NCBI GenBank assembly: GCA_035719345.1 | Contig: DASTGH010000394.1 | Coordinates: 39,647-103,646, forward strand | DNA: 64,000 bases | Source: Anaeromyxobacteraceae bacterium | Lineage (GTDB): Bacteria > Myxococcota > Myxococcia > Myxococcales > Anaeromyxobacteraceae | Reading direction: 5' to 3' | In this document: positions 29,747-42,135 of the stretch, in pieces | How the letters are laid out: every line of letters starts with the position of its first letter | Numbering within the stretch: the stretch's first letter is position 1 | Program-made: the position numbers and the translations under genes | The notes under the pieces: generated by a model | Database searches by the model: none | What the model was told of the DNA's origin: nothing | What the model saw: only the letters and a program-made list of their open reading frames with translations

Positions 29747-31567
29747 TCACTCCACGTAGAAGGCGTCGAGCAGCGCCTTGTACTTCTGGGTGCAGTGCTT
29801 GCGCTTCACCTTGAGCGTCGGCGTGAGCTCACCCGACTCCTGGGTGAAGTCGGCGCCCAGGATGGCGAACTTCTTGATGCTGGAGTAGCTCGCCTGCCTG
29901 GCGTTGAGGGCGTCGATGGCCGCCTGCACGCGCGCCTTCACCCGCGGGTCCTCGTGGAGCGGTCCCTGGAACGAGGTGCCGTGGTCGGACGCCCACTTGC
30001 GCACGTTCTCCTCGTTCAGCGTGACGAGCGCGGAGAGGAACTTCCGCTTGTCGCCGTGGACCATGACCTGCGAGATGAACGGTTCCGAGGCCTTGAGGTC
30101 GTTCTCGAGGTTCTGCGGCGCGACGTTCTTTCCGCCGGCGGTGACGATGATGTCCTTCTTGCGGTCGGTGATCTTGAGGTAGCCGTCGGCGTCCACCACG
30201 CCGATGTCGCCGGTGTAGAGCCAGCCGTCCCTCAGCACCTCGGCGGTCGCCGCCGCGTTCTTGTAGTACTCCTTCATGATGCCCGGTCCGCGGATGAGGA
30301 TCTCGCCGTCCTCCGCGATCCGGACCTCGGTGCCGGGGATCGGCGGGCCCACCGTCCCGATCTTCACCTTGCCGGGCCGGTTCACGAACGTGCCGGCCGA
30401 CGACTCGGTCAGCCCGTAGCCCTCGAGGATCTGGAACCCGACCATGTGGAAGAACCAGGCGATGCGCGGCGACAGCGGCGCGCCGCCGGAGACGAAGAGG
30501 CGCATCCGCCCGCCGAAGCGCTCGGAGAGCGCGGCCGCGAGCTTGGGGAAGACGAGCCGCTTCCCGACGGCGAGCCCGAGGCCGCCGCCGTCCTTGCGGC
30601 CGTGCTCCAGCGCGTCGACGTAGGCGTCGAGGCTCTGCAGCGACCATTTGAAGAGGCGGCCCTTCAGCCCGGGCGTGGCGAGGCCCTTCGCCACCACGGC
30701 GTTGTAGGCCTTCTCGAAGATGCGCGGCACCGACGGCATGACCGTCGGGCGCACCTCGCCCGCGTTCTCGACGATCTTCTCCAGCGACTCGACGAAGGCG
30801 GCGGTGGCGCCGCACCGGAACCAGACCGCCTCGATGACCTTGGCGAACGAGTGCGCCATGGGCAGGAACGCCAGCACCAGGTCGTCGCCGCGGATGAGCT
30901 GGATCGACTCGACCGCCTCGGCCTCGTACACCCAGTTCCGGTGGGTGAGCACGACGCCCTTGGGGTTGCCGGTCGTGCCCGAGGTGTAGATGAAGCAGGC
31001 GGGGTGGTCGAGCGACAGCGACGCCAGGCGCGCCGCGTGCGCGGCCTCGTCGGCGGCGCGGTGGCGCGCACCGGCCTCCTCCAGCGACGCGAGCGTCCGC
31101 TCGAACCCGTCGCGCGCCTCGCCGGCGAAGCGGATGATGCCCTGGAGCTCGGGGAGCTGGTCCTTCACCTCGCGGATCTTCGCCACCTGGTGCTCGGCGT
31201 CGCAGAAGATCCACCGCGCGCCGGCGTCCTTCAGGATGAACGCGCAGTCGTGGGCCTTGTTCGACTGGTAGATGGGCACGCACACGGCCGCGGCGCCCAT
31301 GACCCCGACGTCCGCGAGGATCCACTCGGTGGTGGTCTCGCCGATGATCGCCACCCGGTCGCCCGGCGCCACGCCCAGCGAGGCGAGGCCGTCGGAGATG
31401 GCCCGCGCGCGGCGGCCCATCTCGGCCCAGCTCGTGTCCACCCACTTGCCTGCGCGCTTCTGCTTCGTGGCCGTGCGCGCCCCGGCGCGCGCCACCATCG
31501 CCTCGAAGACGTCCACGAGGCTGCGCGCGGGCGCGGTGCCCCCCTCCAGCTCCTGTCGCGCGATCAT
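29747..31567 (-). CDS. Long-chain fatty acid-CoA ligase (FadD/Faa1-like)
   Basis: 'IYTSGTTGNPKGV', 'EGYGLTE', 'GWLYTGDIG', 'ITDRKKD'. Confidence 0.94.
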   Translation of the reverse strand: MIARQELEGGTAPARSLVDVFEAMVARAGARTATKQKRAGKWVDTSWAEMGRRARAISDGLASLGVAPGDRVAIIGETTTEWILADVGVMGAAAVCVPIYQSNKAHDCAFILKDAGARWIFCDAEHQVAKIREVKDQLPELQGIIRFAGEARDGFERTLASLEEAGARHRAADEAAHAARLASLSLDHPACFIYTSGTTGNPKGVVLTHRNWVYEAEAVESIQLIRGDDLVLAFLPMAHSFAKVIEAVWFRCGATAAFVESLEKIVENAGEVRPTVMPSVPRIFEKAYNAVVAKGLATPGLKGRLFKWSLQSLDAYVDALEHGRKDGGGLGLAVGKRLVFPKLAAALSERFGGRMRLFVSGGAPLSPRIAWFFHMVGFQILEGYGLTESSAGTFVNRPGKVKIGTVGPPIPGTEVRIAEDGEILIRGPGIMKEYYKNAAATAEVLRDGWLYTGDIGVVDADGYLKITDRKKDIIVTAGGKNVAPQNLENDLKASEPFISQVMVHGDKRKFLSALVTLNEENVRKWASDHGTSFQGPLHEDPRVKARVQAAIDALNARQASYSSIKKFAILGADFTQESGELTPTLKVKRKHCTQKYKALLDAFYVE

Positions 31568-31583
31568 CGTCCCTCCTCCGATG

Positions 31584-32390
31584 TCAGCCGCCAAGCTTCG
31601 TCAGGAGCGCCCGGGCCCGCTGCTGGCTGCGGCGCTCCTCGGGCGCATCGTACGCTCCGGCTTCCCGGAGCAGCGCGTCCTTCAGCACCTGGCGGGCGAA
31701 CTGAACCTGGTCCTGCTTCTGGTATAGCTCCGCCAGGTACAGCCGTGCGCGTACGTTGTGGGGGTTCTGGGCGAGCGCCTTGCGCAGGTGACGGTCGCAG
31801 GCGGCGCCGTCGTACTTGGGCCAGGGCAGCATGAAGTAGTAGCGGCCCCAGGCCACCTGGATGCCGCCGTCGAAGAAAGACGGATTGATCGATTCCGCCT
31901 TCGCGAGCCGCTCCTTGAACTTGCCCTCGATGCCCTGCGTGAGCGCCTTCACCACGCCGATCCCGAGCGCGTAGCTGCCGACGCCGGTCGCGGCGAAATA
32001 CCACCCCTCCACCCCGTTCGGGTTAGCCTGGGTCGCGCGGTCGCCATACTGCCACGCGCGCTGCCCGAGCTTGCTCTTCTCGTCGTCGGACAGATCGCCG
32101 TCCGCGAGCCAGAACCAGTACTGCGCCTGACGCCACAGGACGCCGTAGTCGTGCGGCGCCATCTGCTCGGCCTCGTCGAGCCATGCGTGGATCCGTTCGA
32201 GCTGACCGGGCTCGTCGCGGCGCTTCCACGCGGCGTCCACGTGCGCGAGGAGCGCCTGCACGCCAGCCGATCCCGGCGCAGCAGGCGGCGCACCCGAGGG
32301 CGCGGCCGGGCCGGGCCCCTGGGCGCTCACCTGCGACGCGAGCGAGATCGCGAGCGCTCCGCCGAGCAGCGCGCGGTGGGCATGACGCAT
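31584..32390 (-). CDS. Exported TPR-like protein
   Basis: Signal peptide, Pro/Ala linker, helical repeats 'LRKALAQNPHNVRARLYLAELY'. Confidence 0.75.
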   Translation of the reverse strand: MRHAHRALLGGALAISLASQVSAQGPGPAAPSGAPPAAPGSAGVQALLAHVDAAWKRRDEPGQLERIHAWLDEAEQMAPHDYGVLWRQAQYWFWLADGDLSDDEKSKLGQRAWQYGDRATQANPNGVEGWYFAATGVGSYALGIGVVKALTQGIEGKFKERLAKAESINPSFFDGGIQVAWGRYYFMLPWPKYDGAACDRHLRKALAQNPHNVRARLYLAELYQKQDQVQFARQVLKDALLREAGAYDAPEERRSQQRARALLTKLGG

Positions 32391-32428
32391 GAAGACGGGG
32401 GTAAAGGGAGCGGCGGCGCGCCGCCAAC

Positions 32429-33628
32429 CTATCGAGCGCAGAGGAGCTGCAGGTCGACCGCGTCGCCCTGGTGCAGGACGCAGTTGCGCTGGAAGGTGAT
32501 CCGCGGCGGGTGGCCCTCCGGCTCGCTGTAGATCGCGTCGAACGTACCGCCCGGATCCGTCCCGAGCTGGCAGGGCTGGGTCGTGCCGTCGGCGCGATGC
32601 AGCGCGACCGTGAGCAGGGCCGGGTCGGCGGGGACCTGCGACAGCTCCACGAATTGCGGCGCGATGACGCCGGCGATCTGCTCCAGCGTCTGTCGGAAGC
32701 TGGCGTTGCAGATGCTGTCCACGAGGGCGCTCTGGCCGAACGCCTCCACGAAGTCGAAGTAGCGCGACACCTTGTCGAACGCGGTCGCGCACTGGGTGTC
32801 GCGGGCGCGCGTCACCGGGTCGACCGCGATGATCCCCGCCGCCGCGATCTCGCGCCGCTCGCCTGCGATCGGCCCCTGCAGCAGCGCGACGAAGTCGGAG
32901 ACCGGCTCGGCGCCGTTGGTTCCGCCGGCCTTCCTCGTCGGGTCGTGGCAGAGGTCGTTCGTGGTCAAGGCGTAGGGGGAGTTCGTCTCGGTGCAGTCGT
33001 CCTCGTCGGAGAGGATGACGACCGCGAGGCGCGCGCCCGGCCGCAGGAAGCCGGCGTTCGTCCCATCGACGATCCGGTCGGTGAGCGCGAGGCGGATGGC
33101 CGCGAGGCCCTGCTCCTTGCCGCTGCCGCCCGTGCCCACCCGGACGTTCGCCTTGAAGTCGGCGACCAGCGTGGGCGAGCCCGCGGCCAGGATCCGGTTC
33201 CCGGTGAACGCGCCCGTCGCGGGATCCCAGCGCAGGCGGCCGGTGGCGGGATCGACCGCCACCAGCCTGCCCGCCGGGTAGGGCACGACCGGCGCCGCCG
33301 CATTCGGCCCGCTCGCGTACGTCGTCTCGGTGGCGCTGAAGTCCGTGGCCGAGGTGCCCGCGACCGAGGTGGTGGTGACGCCGATCTGGAACTGGTCCTT
33401 CGCCGGCGACGCCGCCAGCGTGGCCACGAACGCGTCGAGGTTGGCCGCGAGGTTCGCCTGCTCCTCGGACATGGATCCCGAGTCGTCGACCACGAACAGG
33501 ATGTCGGTCTTCACCGGGACGGGCACGAGCGAGGTGACGGCGCAGCTCGTCACCGCGCCCTGCGGCGCCGACCCGCAGGAGAGCCCCAGGGCGGCGAGCG
33601 CGGCGGCGGCGATCCCCCTCGTCCCCAT
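32429..33628 (-). CDS. vWA-domain lipoprotein (myxobacterial, CglB-like)
   Basis: Lipobox LGLSC; MIDAS 'DILFVVDDSGSM'; 'GSGKEQGL', 'SDEDDC'. Confidence 0.8.
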   Translation of the reverse strand: MGTRGIAAAALAALGLSCGSAPQGAVTSCAVTSLVPVPVKTDILFVVDDSGSMSEEQANLAANLDAFVATLAASPAKDQFQIGVTTTSVAGTSATDFSATETTYASGPNAAAPVVPYPAGRLVAVDPATGRLRWDPATGAFTGNRILAAGSPTLVADFKANVRVGTGGSGKEQGLAAIRLALTDRIVDGTNAGFLRPGARLAVVILSDEDDCTETNSPYALTTNDLCHDPTRKAGGTNGAEPVSDFVALLQGPIAGERREIAAAGIIAVDPVTRARDTQCATAFDKVSRYFDFVEAFGQSALVDSICNASFRQTLEQIAGVIAPQFVELSQVPADPALLTVALHRADGTTQPCQLGTDPGGTFDAIYSEPEGHPPRITFQRNCVLHQGDAVDLQLLCAR

Positions 33629-33639
33629 CGCGCCTCCGC

Positions 33640-35352
33640 TCACGGGCCGCAGACGCACGATCCGCGCGCCTGGCCGGGGGGCAGGTCGCAGCGCAGCCCC
33701 TGCGCTCCGCCCAGGGCCACGGTGCAGTCGTTGTCGACCAGGCAGCCGCCCTGGGGGTTCTCGGGCGTGGGCGAGGGGACGATGCCGATGTACTGGGCGA
33801 CGTAGGACAGCCCGGGATCCGGCTCGCACGAGGGATGAGACCCGCAGCTCGCGGGCCGCGTGCTCGGCTGGCTGCACGGGTTGATGGCGATGCACTGCGT
33901 CGGCTCGCCGGAGAACAGGCCGGCGGTGCAGTCGACGAACCACCAGTCCTTCGAGCTCGAGCCGGTCGTCTCCGCGCTCGTCGCCGCCGGGCCGCTGCAG
34001 CGCTGGGGGTCACCGCCGCTCTTCTCGGCGCTGACGATGGCGACGTCGCTGGCGGCGGGCGGGGTCGCGAGCCGGAGCGACGGCGGCGGGACGACCAGCG
34101 CGGCGATCTTCTGGAGCGTCGTCCCGAAGTCCGCGTCGCAGACCGACGCCTCGAGCGTCTTGATGTTGCTGGACTTGAGCGCCGTCGAGAGACGGCTGAA
34201 GCGCGTCCCCGTGCTCTTGCCGCTGCACTCCGCCGGGATGTTGCAGATCCCCTGCGCCGTGGGGCCGCAGCTGGCGCAGGCGGCCGGGCACTGGCAGCTG
34301 CAGGTGCCCGGATCGCACACGATGTTGCCCTTGCCGTCGTCGCGACAGTTCACGGCCGAGTAGATGAATGCGGCGCTGAACGGCCGGTTCAGGCCCGTGA
34401 AGAAGGTGGCGTAGTCGGCGATCTTGAACAGGCGCTGCTGCGCCTCGGGCAAAGCCTCGTCGTCCGTGCAGACGTCGTTGCCGGGCGACTGCTTCGTGGG
34501 CGTGAAGTAGAGCGTCTTCGTGGGGTCGGGGGCCGGTAAGGTGTCGGGGTTGGAGCAGTCGTCCTCGTCGCCCACCCAGACGACCACCAGCTTGGCGCTC
34601 GGGTGGGGCCACTCTCCCGCGGTGAGCCCCGGCTGCGTCCCGGCGACCGCCTTCTGGACCGCGAGCCGCGCGGCCTCGAGGTGCTGCTCCATGCCCGAGC
34701 CGCAGGTGCCCACGGCGATGTTCTTCTGGAACTGCGCCACGAGCGCCTGGAGCGCCGTCGCCGAGGTGGCGGAGCCGTCGAAGAGGTCCTTCGTGAAGTG
34801 GAGGACGCGCGGGTTGCCGGCGCCCGCGACGAAGTCGCCCGCGGGGTAGGGCTGCTTGTCCGCGCCCACGCCGGCGATGCAGCCCGAGAAGTTGTGGTAC
34901 TGCGGGATGACGTCGGGGCAGTCGAGCCCGGCCGTGGTGCACTGGTACGAGTACCCGGGCTTCCAGGAGAAGGTCGGGTTCTGGATGGTGCAGGTGCCCG
35001 CCGAGGGCGTGCCGCACTTGGGCGCGCCCGACGCCTGCCACGCCTCGAAGATCGAGGACGTGGTGATGGCGATGTGGAACTCGAACGGCTCGAGGCCGCT
35101 CGCCTTGCGGTCGTTCTGCGCCGCGGTCAGCGCGTCGATGAACGACTGGAAGTTCCGGGCCAGGCTCGCCTGCTGCGGCGCCATCGACCCCGAGTCGTCC
35201 ACGACGAAGAGCACGTCGGCGACGCTCGACCCCTGGGCGGCCACGCGGGTCGTCCCGGGCTGGATCACGCAGCGCCCGACGGGGTTGAAGTTGTAATCCT
35301 GGCACCCGGCGACCACGCAGAGCACCAGCACGGCGAGTAAGCGGCGAAGCAT
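33640..35352 (-). CDS. Cys-rich vWA-domain lipoprotein (CglB-like)
   Basis: Lipobox VAGC-QDYNFNPV; 'DVLFVVDDSGSM'; 'GSGMEQHL', 'GDEDDCS'; many Cys. Confidence 0.8.
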   Translation of the reverse strand: MLRRLLAVLVLCVVAGCQDYNFNPVGRCVIQPGTTRVAAQGSSVADVLFVVDDSGSMAPQQASLARNFQSFIDALTAAQNDRKASGLEPFEFHIAITTSSIFEAWQASGAPKCGTPSAGTCTIQNPTFSWKPGYSYQCTTAGLDCPDVIPQYHNFSGCIAGVGADKQPYPAGDFVAGAGNPRVLHFTKDLFDGSATSATALQALVAQFQKNIAVGTCGSGMEQHLEAARLAVQKAVAGTQPGLTAGEWPHPSAKLVVVWVGDEDDCSNPDTLPAPDPTKTLYFTPTKQSPGNDVCTDDEALPEAQQRLFKIADYATFFTGLNRPFSAAFIYSAVNCRDDGKGNIVCDPGTCSCQCPAACASCGPTAQGICNIPAECSGKSTGTRFSRLSTALKSSNIKTLEASVCDADFGTTLQKIAALVVPPPSLRLATPPAASDVAIVSAEKSGGDPQRCSGPAATSAETTGSSSKDWWFVDCTAGLFSGEPTQCIAINPCSQPSTRPASCGSHPSCEPDPGLSYVAQYIGIVPSPTPENPQGGCLVDNDCTVALGGAQGLRCDLPPGQARGSCVCGP

Positions 35353-35479
35353 CCAGGCCTCCGGGCGGGATGATACCCCGACCAAGGGACGGCGCGAGCG
35401 CGAGGCGCGCGCGCGAAGATGCGGACGCCCTCCCACATCGGCCCCTGCCCGGGAGGGCGTGCCGAGGTGGGGACTTCTC

Positions 35480-37036
<1,557 letters not shown>

Positions 37037-37053
37037 GCGGGCTCCGCTGGGCC

Positions 37054-37091
37054 GCCCTTCGACTCCGCTTCGCTACGCTCAGGGCGAACGG
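37054..37091 (+). repeat. REP-like palindromic element, family A
   Basis: GCCCTTCGACTCCGCTTCGCTACGCTCAGGGCGAACGG; related copies at 44408-44455 and 49937-49980. Confidence 0.7.
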
Positions 37092-37098
37092 TGGTGAA

Positions 37099-38592
<1,494 letters not shown>

Positions 38593-38662
38593 TCAAGGAG
38601 CCCGGCCGCCCGGCGGCGGCTCCACCCCTCGACGCCTCGGCCGCTGCCCCGGCGCGCGCCGC

Positions 38663-39352
38663 TCAGCGCTCGGGCAACCCCTCGCGGCGGGCCGCCGCGG
38701 CGGGCGGAGCCTGCCGGCGGCGCAGCCACCAGCGCAGGACGATGAAGGCGACCACGACGCCGACCCCGACGAGGATGACGTGGCCGAAGCGCGTCGCCAT
38801 CCGGGCGGCGTGGCCGAGGTCGTCCCCGAACCAGAAGCCGAGGCAGATCCAGAGCGGCGCCGAGACGGTCGCCGCCAGCCCGTCGAAGAAGAGGAACTTC
38901 CAGTACGGCACGCGCGAGTGACCCACCGTGAAGTAGGTCGGGGCGCGCAGCCCGGGCAGGAAGCGGGCGATCATCACCACCACCGGCCCGCGCCGCCGCA
39001 GCAGCTTCTCCACCTTCTCCAGCTTGTCGGGCGGGACGAGGCGGCGGAGCAGCCGGAACTCGGCGATGCGCACCCCGAGCCGCCGGCCCACCCAGTAGAT
39101 GACGGAGTCGCCCGCCAGGATCCCGGCCAGCCCGACCAGCACCATCTTGTGGAGCCCGGGGTCGCGGACCATGGCGCCCAGGCTCACCACCTCCACCTCC
39201 GAGGAGAGCCAGGCGAGCACGCCGCCCGAGACGAGGATGACGTCCTCGGGCATGGGGAAGCCGAAGCCGCAGAGGAGCAGCACCCCGAAGACGAGGAAGT
39301 AGCCGACCTCGAGCGAGCGCTCGGAGAGGAGGTCGACGAAGCGCTGCAGCAT
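38663..39352 (-). CDS. dedA: DedA family membrane protein
   Basis: 'GFPMPEDVIL..GG', 'GDSVIYWVGR', 'ARFLPGLR'. Confidence 0.9.
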   Translation of the reverse strand: MLQRFVDLLSERSLEVGYFLVFGVLLLCGFGFPMPEDVILVSGGVLAWLSSEVEVVSLGAMVRDPGLHKMVLVGLAGILAGDSVIYWVGRRLGVRIAEFRLLRRLVPPDKLEKVEKLLRRRGPVVVMIARFLPGLRAPTYFTVGHSRVPYWKFLFFDGLAATVSAPLWICLGFWFGDDLGHAARMATRFGHVILVGVGVVVAFIVLRWWLRRRQAPPAAAARREGLPER

Positions 39353-39375
39353 CCGGCGTCCCGTCCCCGCCCGCG

Positions 39376-39834
39376 CTACGCCTTGCCGCGCGCGGCGAGC
39401 TCGCGCAGCGCCTCGCGGCTCTCGCCGGCGCGGCGCGCCAGCTCGCCCGCCACCACCGCCGCCAGCTTGAGGCAGGTCACCGGCTTCTCCTGCGCCTTCT
39501 TGAAGAAGTCGCGCCGGGCCAGCTCCACCACGCGGCAGTCGGTGGCGGCGATGGCGCTCACCAGCCGCACCGTCCGCGCCAGCAGGCCGAGATCGCCCAC
39601 GTGATCGCCGGGGCCGAGCAGGGCCAGATCGCGCTCGCCCGCGGGGCCCTTCTGCACCAGCCGCACCGAGCCGGACGCCACCACGAAGAGCGACTCGCCG
39701 ATCATGTCCTCCACGAAGATGGGGCTGCCCGCCGGGACGGTCTTCTCCTGCGCGATCTCGGCGAAGGTGCCGAGCGCCCCGTCGGAGAACTCCTTGAAGA
39801 GCGGCGCGGCGCGCAGCGCCTCGAACGGCGTCAT
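39376..39834 (-). CDS. Cyclic nucleotide-binding domain protein
   Basis: 'PLFKEFS', 'GESLFVVASGSVRL', 'LGPGDHVGDLGLL'. Confidence 0.85.
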   Translation of the reverse strand: MTPFEALRAAPLFKEFSDGALGTFAEIAQEKTVPAGSPIFVEDMIGESLFVVASGSVRLVQKGPAGERDLALLGPGDHVGDLGLLARTVRLVSAIAATDCRVVELARRDFFKKAQEKPVTCLKLAAVVAGELARRAGESREALRELAARGKA

Positions 39835-40361
39835 CGCGCGGCCCACCCCTCGGCCCGGTACTGCCGCGCATAGGCGGCGTAGCGCGCCGACGAGACCGTG
39901 AAGAACGCGATCTCCTCGGGGGTGAGCGGCCGCTTCGGCTTCGCCGGCGAGCCGAGGACGAGCGTGCGCGGCGGGACCACCATGCCCGGCGGGACGAGCG
40001 CGCCGGCGCCCACCATCGACTCGGCGCTGACCACCGCGCCGTCGAGCACGATGGCGCCGATGCCGACGAGGCAGCGGTCGCCGACGGTGCAGCCGTGGAG
40101 CACGACCCTGTGACCCACGGTGACGTCGTCGCCCAGGATGGTGGGGTGGGTGCCGCCGGTCACGTGCACCACCGACCCGTCCTGCACGTTGGTGCGTGCG
40201 CCGATGCGGATGCGGTGCACGTCGCCGCGCACCACCGCGCCGAACCAGATGGAGCTCTCCGCGCCGATCTCGACGTCGCCCAGCACGGTGGCGCCCTCGA
40301 CCACGAAGGCGGAGGGGTCGAGCCGGGGCGTCGCGCCGCCGTAGGGTCGGATGGGAGCCAT
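39831..40361 (-). CDS. Gamma carbonic anhydrase family protein
   Basis: Hexapeptide repeats; 'VVRGD', 'NVQDGSVVH', 'VGHRVVLHGC'. Confidence 0.93.
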   Translation of the reverse strand: MAPIRPYGGATPRLDPSAFVVEGATVLGDVEIGAESSIWFGAVVRGDVHRIRIGARTNVQDGSVVHVTGGTHPTILGDDVTVGHRVVLHGCTVGDRCLVGIGAIVLDGAVVSAESMVGAGALVPPGMVVPPRTLVLGSPAKPKRPLTPEEIAFFTVSSARYAAYARQYRAEGWAAR

Positions 40362-40376
40362 GCCACGCCGGCGGGC

Positions 40377-40763
40377 TCACCGGCTGCGGCGGATGCTAGC
40401 CCGGGGGGCGCGCACCCGCAAGGCAACGGCGGCGGCGACGGCGCCGCTCGCGCCGCCCAGGGTGTCCGCCAGCCAGTCGCGGGGGTCGGCCTCCCGTCCG
40501 GGCACGAACGATTGGTGAAACTCGTCCGACGCGCCGTACAGGCTCGCCAGCACCGCGGCCAGCACCCCCGCGCGCCGCAGCGGCAGGCCGCTCGTCCACA
40601 GCGCCACCGCCAGGAGGACGCCGAGCGTCCCGTATTCCAGGAAGTGGATGGCCTTGTCCCAGACGTTCTGCGTCAGGAGCGGGAGCGGATCGGCCTTCGA
40701 GGAGAGCACGAAGACGAGCGCGGCATACGCGCCGACGGCGCCCCAGGCGAGGGCCCGCCTCAC
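40377..40763 (-). CDS. VanZ family membrane protein
   Basis: 'DKAIHFLEY', 'YGASDEFHQSFVPGR...DWLAD..G'. Confidence 0.88.
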   Translation of the reverse strand: MRRALAWGAVGAYAALVFVLSSKADPLPLLTQNVWDKAIHFLEYGTLGVLLAVALWTSGLPLRRAGVLAAVLASLYGASDEFHQSFVPGREADPRDWLADTLGGASGAVAAAVALRVRAPRASIRRSR

Positions 40764-42082
40764 GACGCGAGCTCGCCCGAGAGCGAGTTCGCGTGGGCGC
40801 GCGTGACGCGCGCGGCGAGGAGCGCGCCCGCCGGAGCCCGCGCCGGGTCGGCGGCGAGGTGCAGCACGCGGTTCTCCGGCGTCCGGCCGAGGCGCCGCCC
40901 GTCCTCGCCGTCGAGCGCGCCCTCGACCAGGATCTGGACGGTCTTCCCCAGCTCGCCGGCCATGACCTCGGAGGAGATGCGCCGCTGCAGGGCCTGCAGC
41001 CGCTCGAGGCGGGCCACCGCCAGCTCGCGTGGGATCTCCTGCCACTCGGGACCGGAGCCGAGCCGCTTCACGGCGCCGGTGTGCGGCCGCGGGCTGTAGA
41101 CGAAGGAGAAGGAGTTGTCGAAGCGCGCCCGCTCCAGGAGCGCCAGCGAGCGCTCGAAGTCGTCCTCCGTCTCGCCCGGGAAGCCGACGATGAAGTCGGT
41201 GGTGATGGCGATCCCGGGGCGGGCGGCCCGCAGCTTCTCGAACCGGCCCATGAACTCCTCGACGGAGTAGTCGCGCCGCATCCGGGCCAGCACCGCGTCG
41301 GAGCCCGACTGCACCGGCAGGTGGAAGTGCGGCATCACCTTCGGCTCGTCGCGGAAGGCGTCGACCAGCGCGTCGGAGAGGTCGTGCGGGTGGCTGGTGG
41401 TGAAGCGCACCCGGGAGATCCCGGGGACGGCCGCCACCCGGCGCAGCAGCGCCGCGAAGTCGCAGCCGCCGGCGTACGAGTTCACGTTCTGCCCGATGAG
41501 CGTCACCTCGCGCACGCCGACCTCGGCGAGCGCCGCGCACTCCGCCACCACCTCGGGGAACGGGCGCGACACCTCGCGCCCGCGCGTGTACGGGACGATG
41601 CAGAAGGAGCAGACGTTGTCGCAGCCTTTCATGGCGGTGACGAAGGCGGTGGCCCGGCCGCGCGCCGCCTCCGGGTCGGCGCGCGGGAAGACGTACTCCT
41701 CGGAGTCCATCCAGCCGGTCTCGGCGAAGCGCTCGCGGCGCGCGCGCTCGATCATCTCCGGGAGCTTGCCGAGGTTGTCCGGCCCGAAGACGAAGTCGAG
41801 GTAGGGGACGCGCGCCAGCAGCCGCGCCTTCTCCTGCTGCGCCACGCAGCCGCCCACGCCGAGCAGCGCGCCGCGGCGCGCCTTGTGCACGCGGTAGCGG
41901 CCGAGCGCGGAGAGGAGCTTCTGCTCTGCCTTCTCGCGCACCGCGCAGGTGTTCACCAGGATGAGGTCGGCGTCCTCGGCGTGCGCCGTCGGCGACCAGG
42001 CGTGACGGCCGAGCAGCTCGACCATCCGGTCGCTGTCGGCCTCGTTCATCTGGCAGCCGAAGGTGTGGACGAAGACCTTCAT
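40760..42082 (-). CDS. miaB: tRNA-i6A37 methylthiotransferase
   Basis: 'TFGCQMN', 'NTCAVREKAE', CxxxCxxC 'CDNVCSFC', 'YSPRP.T.A', TRAM domain. Confidence 0.96.
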   Translation of the reverse strand: MKVFVHTFGCQMNEADSDRMVELLGRHAWSPTAHAEDADLILVNTCAVREKAEQKLLSALGRYRVHKARRGALLGVGGCVAQQEKARLLARVPYLDFVFGPDNLGKLPEMIERARRERFAETGWMDSEEYVFPRADPEAARGRATAFVTAMKGCDNVCSFCIVPYTRGREVSRPFPEVVAECAALAEVGVREVTLIGQNVNSYAGGCDFAALLRRVAAVPGISRVRFTTSHPHDLSDALVDAFRDEPKVMPHFHLPVQSGSDAVLARMRRDYSVEEFMGRFEKLRAARPGIAITTDFIVGFPGETEDDFERSLALLERARFDNSFSFVYSPRPHTGAVKRLGSGPEWQEIPRELAVARLERLQALQRRISSEVMAGELGKTVQILVEGALDGEDGRRLGRTPENRVLHLAADPARAPAGALLAARVTRAHANSLSGELAS

Positions 42083-42135
42083 CGGGGACGGACCTTCATC
42101 GGGCACGGGAACCTAGGCGCCGGGCGGCCCCGGCG

